Below are positions 56,554 through 64,000 of a stretch of DNA of 64,000 bases, one piece after another (the stretch's first letter is position 1; every line of letters starts with the position of its first letter). This stretch comes from Candidatus Delongbacteria bacterium (GTDB lineage Bacteria; CAIWAD01). Position numbers and translations under genes: made by a program. Location of the stretch: the NCBI GenBank assembly GCA_963663545.1, contig OY760505.1:1632001-1696000 (forward strand), read 5' to 3'. Under the pieces are notes generated by a model. It worked only from the letters and a program-made list of their open reading frames with translations. It was not told the DNA's origin and did no database searches.

Positions 56554-57774
56554 ATGGGCAAGCGTGGGCGAAAGCCGAGTAGCAGATACACGATTACGAA
56601 ACGCGTCAGCAAAGGCGTCGTGACCCACTGGCGGGTACTCGTTCCCACCTTCGACAGATCCAAGCGGCCTGTTCCCGGTCAAAGAACCCGGCACCACTTC
56701 GACATCTCAATCCCAAGACGCGAAATCGAGCAGATTGCGCAGGCGCTATACTTGGATGCAATCCAGGGAATCACAAACACAGAATACAGCCCTCGAATGC
56801 TAATCAGCGCATGCCTTCAGTACTACAGAGAAGTATCGTGCGGCTCTTCTCCCAAAGCCCCTGCGACTATCCGACTGGACTGGTTTGCCATTCGCGATCT
56901 GGTCATGTTTCTGGCAGACAGACTGAACAACAGGCATGAGACTCCATCCTCGATCGAGCAGCTTCTCGGGAGCCATAACCGGCTGGAGCAGGAAGCAAAC
57001 CTCGAGGCCCTGCAGTCTGCCGCAGATCTGCCACTTGAAGAAGTGGGCAATGAACTCATCCAGCAATACAGAGCATATCTGGCGCGGCGATTCAGCGCAT
57101 CCGGCGCGAACATGCGCCTGCGCCACCTGAAGAGCATGTTCTCTTGGATGGTGGAAACTGACTCATTCGGTCTGGAGCGCAATCCCATTCGAGGAAAGGA
57201 TCTGTTTCAGGCGAAACGAAAGACCGTAGGCGCACGGGTAGATCCGAATCGGAAGCGACACTATACAACCGCTGAGATCCGCACCATCGTCAACTCTCTC
57301 CAAGGAAACCAGGATTGCCTTTGCATGGTGAAACTGCTGTTTCTCACTGGTGCCAGGTTCGGGGAAATCTATCGACTTCAGCATTCAGATTACAATCCAT
57401 CGGACGGCCTGCTCCACATCCCGCAGGGCAAAACCACTGATCACACCATCGTCCTCTTCCCCGCACTCACATGCGCTATTGAAGACTGGATCGAAAGCGG
57501 CAGCAAATGGCGATTCGGAGATACGTACTACAGCAAGGCCTTCAGGCGAACCGCTGACCAACTCGGCATCCAGATAGCACAGCCACTTCATGGATTCAGG
57601 CACAGTCTGGTCAGTGCTTTGACTCTGGCCGGGATAAGCCGAGATGATATCGGAAAGTGGATTGGACACAGCCAGGCTGGCGGACTGGGAGCTGGCGTTA
57701 CCTCAATCTACGATCACACCCAACTGGAAGCACTGAGGCGCGTCGCGGCAGCAATTCCTGTCCCTTGGGAATGA
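56554..57774 (+). CDS. int: tyrosine integrase
   Basis: TGAR.GE, GKT, HGFRH, IGH and Y catalytic residues; adjacent to attR. Confidence 0.92.
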   Translation: MGKRGRKPSSRYTITKRVSKGVVTHWRVLVPTFDRSKRPVPGQRTRHHFDISIPRREIEQIAQALYLDAIQGITNTEYSPRMLISACLQYYREVSCGSSPKAPATIRLDWFAIRDLVMFLADRLNNRHETPSSIEQLLGSHNRLEQEANLEALQSAADLPLEEVGNELIQQYRAYLARRFSASGANMRLRHLKSMFSWMVETDSFGLERNPIRGKDLFQAKRKTVGARVDPNRKRHYTTAEIRTIVNSLQGNQDCLCMVKLLFLTGARFGEIYRLQHSDYNPSDGLLHIPQGKTTDHTIVLFPALTCAIEDWIESGSKWRFGDTYYSKAFRRTADQLGIQIAQPLHGFRHSLVSALTLAGISRDDIGKWIGHSQAGGLGAGVTSIYDHTQLEALRRVAAAIPVPWE

Positions 57775-57834
57775 TATTCGTGTCCAATATCGAAGTACAT
57801 TCGGCCTATGTGTCTGTTTATTTTCAACATGTTA

Positions 57835-57889
57835 GTGACTCATAGTCACTTTGTCGGGGGTTCAAGTCCCTCTGGGCCTATTTGTTTTC
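57835..57889 (+). repeat. attR core (duplicated 3' half of tRNA-Ile2)
   Basis: 55-bp direct repeat of 15457-15511 with one mismatch. Confidence 0.95.
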
Positions 57890-58025
57890 TTTACACTTAC
57901 AGCTATCCCACTTCGCCCTCTTTGGTTCAAAAAAGCCCAAAATTGAGCCTTTTTGACGACTTAATCGTCCGATATGCGTCCAACATGCGAAATGACCGAC
58001 CAATAGCCAGGCGCTCCCAGCCCCA

Positions 58026-61000
58026 CTACATCCGCATTCCCCGCGCCCTCCCATAGAACTCCATTAGCATCGCCTGTGCCACAAGCTTCTGAATGGAGGG
58101 ATTGGACATGTAGGCGTTCACGATCTCGCTATTACGGCTCAGCCTGTCAATGAAAGCCTTGTCCAGCTTCGGGAAGAAAACTTCTCTGAACTGCTCGACG
58201 GTATTCGCTTTGGCTTGATCCACCAACTCGGCATCGGAAATCATGTCCTCGGTGATCTGATCAAACAGCACAAGGTCTTCATTCTTCCAATCCGTGCCCA
58301 GCTGCTCATTCACCTGTTCAATGATCTTTGACAGCGGCGACTTGGCATCCTCTGACACTTGTCCCGTCCCCGTCTCGCCGATCGGATCCACAGGACAAGT
58401 GTCGCCCATAGTCAGGGCAGCACTTCCTGCAAAGGTCAGTTCATTGCGGTAAGCCGACAATGCCAGCTCGTCCTCGAGGTGAATCATCCCGCCCGTGCTG
58501 CGATAAGGAAGTTTGGTCAGCAAGTAACGGCTGTAGGCGTAGAGCTTTTCAAGCTCAGCATCCTGCCAGCAGATGATCTGGCTCAGAAAGCCATAAAAAC
58601 GCAGGAAAGAACGCAGCAGTGATTTGAACTCCTCGCCTTCCTCGGTGTAGCGTTCCTCACCGCCGGAGGCACCGGGATCGCGATACTCCTGCTTGTAGCG
58701 CTCCACGGCGGGATCGATGAACTTGTTCAGCCTGCCGTGATCCTGCGCCTTCTGGGAGTAGTAAGGCTTGAAGTAGACCGCTGCGAAGTCGTCAATATCC
58801 TGAGCGCGGAGTACGGGGCTTTCCCGCAGTCGCTGCCCGAGGGTGTACACATGGTTGTGATCTGTAGGCTCGCTGAGCTCGGTCTGTTCGTAGTAGGGAC
58901 GGAAGCCCTCCTTGATATCCTCTGCTGTGTTGGCAAAGTCCAGCACAAAAGTATCTGTCTTTCCTGCCGCGCAGCGATTCAGGCGCGAAAGCGTCTGCAC
59001 AGCCCGCAAGCCTGCAAGGGGCTTATCCACGAACATCGTGTGCAGCAAGGGTTGATCGAAGCCCGTCTGGTATTTCTCGGCAACGATCAGAATGTGATAC
59101 TCCTGCGACGCGAACCTGTCGGGCAGCTCCTTCTCGGAGAAGCCGTTTATCGCCGGTTCGCTGTAGCTGGTGCCCACATGCTTGGGATCATCCACCGTGC
59201 CCGAGAAAGCCACCAGGGTTTTCAGATCGGTGTAACCCTGTTCGCCGATGTACTTGTCAAAAGCCTGTTTGTAGCGCACAGCGTGCAAGCGCGATCGGGT
59301 CACCACCATGGCCTTGGCTCTGCCGTTGATCTTCTTGCAGGTGTGATGGCGAAAGTGCTCGACCATGATCTCGGTCTTCTGCGCCACGCTGTAGGGATGG
59401 AGGCTCAGAAAGCGTGCAATGGATCGCTTGGCCTTCTTCTCGTCCACATCGGGATCATCATCAATAGCCTTGGCCAGCTTGTAGTAGGTCTTGTAGGTGG
59501 TGTAGTGCAGCAGCACATCCTTTATGAAACTTTCCTCAATCGCCTGCCGCATGGAATACAGGTGGAAAGGATACGGCTTGCCATCAGCTCCGGTGACACC
59601 AAAGAGCTCGAGGGTTTTAGCCTTTGGCGTTGCAGTGAAAGCATAGAAAGACAGGTTTGGCTGCGGGCCACGACTACGGGCTTCCGCCAGCACCAGGTCT
59701 TCCAGTTCCGGCTCTGCGGGAAGCTGCGCCTCTTCCTCCTCAGCCAAAGCCAGCAGATCTTCCTCGCTCTTGCCAGCACCGGCGCTTCCTCCGAGCACGC
59801 CGCGTAGATTGCCCGCTGATCGCCCACTCTGGCTGGAATGCGCCTCGTCAACGATCACGGCAAAACGCCGGTTCGAGAAATCCTGCACCTTATCCAGCAG
59901 GAAGGAAAACTTCTGCAGGGTAGTGATGATGATCTTGGTGCCCTTGTTTAGCTCTTCTGCCAGATCGGAGGAATACTTGTGCTCATCGATCTTGGCCACA
60001 ACGCCACGAGTGTGTTCCATCTGGTAGATGTTGTCCTGCAGCTGTCTGTCCAGGTTCCTTCTGTCGGACACCACAATTACCGAGTGGAAAAGCGGCTGGT
60101 CGTTCGCGTCATGCAGGTTGGCCAGCTGGTGCGCGGTCCACGAGATGGTGTTGGTTTTGCCTGAGCCCGCTGAGTGTTGCACCAGATAGTTCGCGCCAAC
60201 GCCCTTTTCCAGTGTGGCATCAAGCAAACTGCGCGTGGCTGTGAGCTGGTGGTAGCGCGGGAAGATTAGCCTTTCGGATCGCTTCGTTTTGCCCGTTTCG
60301 AGATCCTGCTCTTCCTCTACTTGCAGATGCATGTAGCGCTGGAGGATGTTCAGCCAGCTGTCACGCTGCCAGACTTCCTCCCAGAGGTAGCCCGTCTTGT
60401 AGCCCGTCGCGTGCTTGTGCTCGCCGGGGTTCCCCTTGCCGCCATCGCAGCCTTTGTTGAAGGGCAGAAAAAAGGTGTGCCTACCCGAAAGGCGCGTGGT
60501 CATGTAGACTTCGTCGGTGTCCACAGCGAAATGAACCAGCGCGCGCTTCTTGAACTGCAGCAGCTTCGTTCTGGCGGTGGGCTGACGGTCTTTGATGTAC
60601 TGCAGAATGGCGTTGATGGACTTCTGCCCCGTGAAGGCATTCTTCAACTCAACCGTAGCAATGGGCAGCCCGTTGAGGGAGAGCAACATGTCGATGGACT
60701 TCTTGCTGTCCAGGTCGAAGAACACCTGCCGCATCACCGTCAGACGATTCTGCTGGTACAGGGCCGCGGTTTCCGGATTCAAGGATGTGGGTGGGCGAAA
60801 GTACGCCAGACGTAGATGCTGCCCCCGATCCTTCACGCCATTGCGTATCACATCCAGCAGCCCGCGTCTGTCGCATTCGGCGGCGATGCGTGATACAAGC
60901 GTCTTGTTCAGGTCGGCCCCGTACAACACGGCAAGCTGCGCCAATTCATCCGGCTGCGTGGCCTGCAGAAAAGCGATCAATGTCTGCGGATCGAGGGCAA

Positions 61001-61106
61001 GCTCGGCATCGAACTGCCCGTGGTCTGCCCTCTCGTAGCCGGAATGCTCGACGAGCCATTGTTCAATGGCGGCTTCGAAGGTGCTCTCGCTGGTCGCTGT
61101 GTTCAT
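58026..61106 (-). CDS. hsdR: type I restriction enzyme R subunit
   Basis: D....NG.P..T.ELK nuclease, HSAGSGKT, TTLQKF, DEAHSSQ, FTATPK, TGFDQP, QTLSRLNR. Confidence 0.95.
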   Translation of the reverse strand: MNTATSESTFEAAIEQWLVEHSGYERADHGQFDAELALDPQTLIAFLQATQPDELAQLAVLYGADLNKTLVSRIAAECDRRGLLDVIRNGVKDRGQHLRLAYFRPPTSLNPETAALYQQNRLTVMRQVFFDLDSKKSIDMLLSLNGLPIATVELKNAFTGQKSINAILQYIKDRQPTARTKLLQFKKRALVHFAVDTDEVYMTTRLSGRHTFFLPFNKGCDGGKGNPGEHKHATGYKTGYLWEEVWQRDSWLNILQRYMHLQVEEEQDLETGKTKRSERLIFPRYHQLTATRSLLDATLEKGVGANYLVQHSAGSGKTNTISWTAHQLANLHDANDQPLFHSVIVVSDRRNLDRQLQDNIYQMEHTRGVVAKIDEHKYSSDLAEELNKGTKIIITTLQKFSFLLDKVQDFSNRRFAVIVDEAHSSQSGRSAGNLRGVLGGSAGAGKSEEDLLALAEEEEAQLPAEPELEDLVLAEARSRGPQPNLSFYAFTATPKAKTLELFGVTGADGKPYPFHLYSMRQAIEESFIKDVLLHYTTYKTYYKLAKAIDDDPDVDEKKAKRSIARFLSLHPYSVAQKTEIMVEHFRHHTCKKINGRAKAMVVTRSRLHAVRYKQAFDKYIGEQGYTDLKTLVAFSGTVDDPKHVGTSYSEPAINGFSEKELPDRFASQEYHILIVAEKYQTGFDQPLLHTMFVDKPLAGLRAVQTLSRLNRCAAGKTDTFVLDFANTAEDIKEGFRPYYEQTELSEPTDHNHVYTLGQRLRESPVLRAQDIDDFAAVYFKPYYSQKAQDHGRLNKFIDPAVERYKQEYRDPGASGGEERYTEEGEEFKSLLRSFLRFYGFLSQIICWQDAELEKLYAYSRYLLTKLPYRSTGGMIHLEDELALSAYRNELTFAGSAALTMGDTCPVDPIGETGTGQVSEDAKSPLSKIIEQVNEQLGTDWKNEDLVLFDQITEDMISDAELVDQAKANTVEQFREVFFPKLDKAFIDRLSRNSEIVNAYMSNPSIQKLVAQAMLMEFYGRARGMRM

Positions 61107-61266
61107 CTCTTGCCCAGTCTATCTGTGAAGTTCTCGTGCGCCTGTGAATACACAGAATTTCAGTCTGCGAGGAAAGGGGAACCTCTTGGTGGAAAAAGTG
61201 CTTGAACACCGATTCCGACATTGGTAAATTTACAGGTATTGTAATTCCATTACTGGTGGTCGCCAA

Positions 61267-61563
61267 ATGGAAATCCTTTTCGAGGATCCAAAACTGGAAA
61301 GAATCTACATGGATCCGACCTACACGGGTCGGTATCCTGACCACATTGTCTCGCTGATACGCAGACGAATTCAGGCGATCAGGATGGCACCAGATGAGCG
61401 TGTTCTGCGAGCAGCAAAGTCCCTCCATCTTGAAAAACTGAAAGGAGAGCGGAAACACCAACACTCATTGCGATTGAACAAGCAATGGAGACTGATCATC
61501 GAGTTTCGCAAATCAGAAAGCGGGAAGATCGTAGCGATCATTTCTGTTGAGGACTATCACTAG
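61267..61563 (+). CDS. higB: HigB/RelE-type toxin (plasmid maintenance killer family)
   Basis: LEKLKG.R...HS.RLN.QWRL..F...EDYH. Confidence 0.9.
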   Translation: MEILFEDPKLERIYMDPTYTGRYPDHIVSLIRRRIQAIRMAPDERVLRAAKSLHLEKLKGERKHQHSLRLNKQWRLIIEFRKSESGKIVAIISVEDYH

Positions 61564-61643
61564 ATGCTGACTTGCGAATGGTGATACAAGGGATGCAGAT
61601 GCCATTCATCCTGCAGCTCTTGGTGATACAACTGAGGCGGATC

Positions 61644-62768
61644 ATGGAACAGAGAATACCAGCAGAAGTCTTTCCTCCAGGTGATTTCCTGCGGGAAGAG
61701 CTTGAAGCGCGTGAGCTATCACAGGCTGATTTGGCAGAGATCATTGGAAAGTCCCCACGACTTGTTAATGAGATTATTGCCGCAAAGCGGAGTATCACGC
61801 CGGAAACGGCTACTCTTCTAGAAAGCGCGCTGGGACTTTCGGCTCAGTTCTGGTTGAATCTGGAAGCGCACTATCAGCTATTCAAAGTCAAGGTCGACGG
61901 CGAAGAAGTGCGCAAGCGCGCTGAGCTCTACGAGACCTATCCCGTCACGGAGCTTGTGCGGCGTGGATGGGTTGAGCCCTCTGCGAGCATCGAAGTCTTG
62001 AAAGCTCGCATCTTGAGCTTCTACCATCAGGAGGAGCTCGCCACACCCTGCTTCCACCCAATCGCTGCTCGCAAAGCCTCCACGGTAGCACCGGATGCAC
62101 CCCACTCGCGGCTGCTGACAGCCTGGCTCTTTCGTTTACGACAGATCGCCGAGCCCGTTAAAGTCAAGCCCTTTGATCTGTCGGCAATGCCAAGGCTGAT
62201 CGAGGAGCTACAATCCAGAATGCATGAGCCCACTGCGGTGGCTGACATTCCTGCTTTGCTCGCCGAGTACGGCATTCGCATTGTGTTCCTGGAGCCTTTC
62301 AAGGGAATGAAAGTGGACGGCGTCTGCACCTGGCTTGGCGAAAACGAGCCCTTGATTGGAATGAGCCTGCGCTATAATCGCATTGACAATTTCTGGTTTG
62401 TGCTGCTGCACGAGTTAGGGCACGTGCGCTATGGCGACGCCAAGACAAAGGTGATTGTGGACGAAGACCTAGGTGCTACACGCACGGAAACAAGCCAATG
62501 CGAATCGCGCGCCGACAGCTATGCGCAAAGAGCGATCATCCCCAAAGGCGTGGAAGCCGACTTCGCCGCCCTTGCCACTGCGCGCATTTCCGAAGGCCGG
62601 CTGATGCAGTTTGCTGCCGAGCACGCCTTGCATCCTGGCCTTGTGGTGGGCCAGCTGCACGGCAGAAAGGTGCTGCAGTACTCGCACTTCCGAAAGCATC
62701 TGGAACATGTGCGCGAGCACTTGGCGGAGTGTGCGTGTCTGGAGGGCTGGGGGAAGCGGTTGAACTGA
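61644..62768 (+). CDS. higA: HigA-type HTH antitoxin fused to ImmA/IrrE metallopeptidase
   Basis: PPG.FLREELEAR..SQ..LA...FWLNLE; DG, RIDNFWF.LLHELGH, E..AD. Confidence 0.88.
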   Translation: MEQRIPAEVFPPGDFLREELEARELSQADLAEIIGKSPRLVNEIIAAKRSITPETATLLESALGLSAQFWLNLEAHYQLFKVKVDGEEVRKRAELYETYPVTELVRRGWVEPSASIEVLKARILSFYHQEELATPCFHPIAARKASTVAPDAPHSRLLTAWLFRLRQIAEPVKVKPFDLSAMPRLIEELQSRMHEPTAVADIPALLAEYGIRIVFLEPFKGMKVDGVCTWLGENEPLIGMSLRYNRIDNFWFVLLHELGHVRYGDAKTKVIVDEDLGATRTETSQCESRADSYAQRAIIPKGVEADFAALATARISEGRLMQFAAEHALHPGLVVGQLHGRKVLQYSHFRKHLEHVREHLAECACLEGWGKRLN

Positions 62769-62774
62769 GGCCCT

Positions 62775-63275
62775 CTACTTGCTGCGCAGAAACAGGGGAA
62801 TAGCGACAAGAAGGCCGGCGAGGAGCAAGCCTTTTCGGATTTCCTTCCACTGGAACCTCTTGGCCAATCGTTCAAACTCAACACTGACTTCTTTGTCGGT
62901 CTTCCCGAATAGATTCAGGGCTTGATACTCACTTACCCATCCGGATAACTCGCCTGGCTCCATATCCCATACGATAGGAATCAGGTCTTTGCCGTCATGG
63001 ACTGCAGCACCAACCTCCTGTTGAACATAGGCCGACTGGTTGGAGCGCTTGCTTGCAAGAAGCAAGACACAGTCTGCTTCATCCAATGCTGTGCGGATTT
63101 CTTTGGACCACTTATCACCTGACTTGAGTGACCTCTCGGCGAAGAAGACATCCAAGTCGCGCCGCTTAAGCTCATCATAAAGTCGCTGCGCAATCTGCTC
63201 ATCTGCTTTGCAGTAACTAATGAAGATACTCACAAACTCCCTCGCTCCTGCTTGCATCCAGCCATTAACCTTCAA
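62775..63275 (-). CDS. TIR-domain protein with C-terminal TM anchor
   Basis: IFISY...D...A..L...GD.W...I..AL...S..S..S.YV.QE; tail GLLLAGLLVAIPLFL. Confidence 0.85.
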   Translation of the reverse strand: MKVNGWMQAGAREFVSIFISYCKADEQIAQRLYDELKRRDLDVFFAERSLKSGDKWSKEIRTALDEADCVLLLASKRSNQSAYVQQEVGAAVHDGKDLIPIVWDMEPGELSGWVSEYQALNLFGKTDKEVSVEFERLAKRFQWKEIRKGLLLAGLLVAIPLFLRSK

Positions 63276-63284
63276 CCAAGGACG

Positions 63285-63680
63285 TCATGCTTGATCAACG
63301 GCTGCTTTGATAGCATCAAAAGTGAAGGACATGACCCATTCAGCACCTACCCCGATGATTGCGGCAGGTGAAGTATTTGTGCTCTTGATCTTAACCGCAA
63401 TTATATTCTTGCCTAGTTCGACAGCCTTCTCAATTTCCCATGCAACCCACTCGCTTTCATGTGTTTCCTCCCCGATGAGGCAAAGGAAGTAAGGGCACGC
63501 ATTGATGCGCGCGGAGATAACGCGCTTTATAGCCGAAGCGTCTGTGCTATCTACAGCGACAGTGACTGACCCATCATAGAAGTTGAAATCGAAAAGATCG
63601 TTGGCATCCCAAGCAACCAGTAAGTTCTTGTGTTTCTTGTCATTCTCGTAATCGTAACTGATGAAAATCTTCTTAGCCAT
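63285..63680 (-). CDS. TIR-like DUF1863 / ThsB-type protein
   Basis: KIFISY.Y.ND...IK..I..RI....LIG.ET..S.WV.WEI..A...GK.II.V. Confidence 0.88.
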   Translation of the reverse strand: MAKKIFISYDYENDKKHKNLLVAWDANDLFDFNFYDGSVTVAVDSTDASAIKRVISARINACPYFLCLIGEETHESEWVAWEIEKAVELGKNIIAVKIKSTNTSPAAIIGVGAEWVMSFTFDAIKAAVDQA

Positions 63681-64000
63681 TGTGCTCCTCCGTTGGCTTC
63701 ATCATGTACTGCGCCCAATTCGTATTCTCTTTCGAAACGAGCGTCTCGACCCGCTGAACGAGAAATGCAAATGCGCCTGCCTCGTCACCGTTATAGGGCT
63801 CCGTTTTGGTCAGAAACATGTACCTCTCTTTCCTCAGGGATTCACATGTCGTCCGATACTCGATCCAGTTCTCCTGGAACTGGCTTAGGCCAAGTGTTGC
63901 CGTAATAACTGCGATACAAACACCGAACATGCCAACGGCAACTTGAATCCAGCCAATACTATCCGCATAGCCAGCAAGAAAAGGAATCATCGCGGCCAGG
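63673..64000 (-). CDS. DUF4231/SLATT two-TM protein (5'-truncated by window edge)
   Basis: IPFL..TM..FQENWIEYRTTCE.L.KE...F....PY...LV.RVE.L.S.EN..W. Confidence 0.8.
   Translation of the reverse strand, partial: LAAMIPFLAGYADSIGWIQVAVGMFGVCIAVITATLGLSQFQENWIEYRTTCESLRKERYMFLTKTEPYNGDEAGAFAFLVQRVETLVSKENTNWAQYMMKPTEEHNG

Larger units (their letters stand above)
15457..57889. mobile_element. prophage (~42.4 kb, siphovirus-like) integrated in tRNA-Ile2
   Basis: att direct repeats, integrase beside attR, terminase, portal, capsid, tape measure, repressor and lysis genes; no tail sheath seen. Confidence 0.95.

Noticed and set aside
57835..57889. Second tRNA gene
   Set aside because: Only the 3' half is present; it is the att duplication
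1..64000. CRISPR array, reverse transcriptase, DGR or retron
   Set aside because: No regularly spaced repeats, no RT (YxDD) ORF and no adenine-variant template/variable repeat pair seen

Overview
The window has three parts. (1) 1-15.5 kb is host chromosome, probably an FCB-group bacterium (inferred from the secreted proteins with a YPNPFNP C-terminal sorting domain). It holds a sigma54 response regulator, rsgA, an MFS transporter, cdaA, tsaB, TolC, a PDZ protein, the hpnCDE squalene genes, two candidate structured sRNAs, a CotH/LTD protein and tRNA-Ile2(CAT). (2) 15457-57889 is a ~42.4 kb siphovirus-like prophage integrated in the tRNA, with a 55-bp att repeat and a tyrosine integrase at the right end. 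It has lysis, tail, head, packaging, replication/recombination and immunity modules, plus ~11 kb of cargo: an IS256-disrupted three-gene operon and two large secreted beta-helix proteins. (3) From 57.9 kb a second, apparently tandem-integrated defence island carries hsdR, higBA and a TIR-TIR-SLATT module. Most notable: a prophage gene for a Bd0055-like bacterial histone; a GTGAYAC-type motif strongly over-represented in host and prophage core but scarce in the cargo; a stand-alone nucleotide-cyclase-like moron in the packaging module; an inverted portal cassette with a 30-bp palindrome; and a signal-peptide-bearing beta-helix protein at the tailspike position. All family assignments come from motif recognition by eye; no searches were run.
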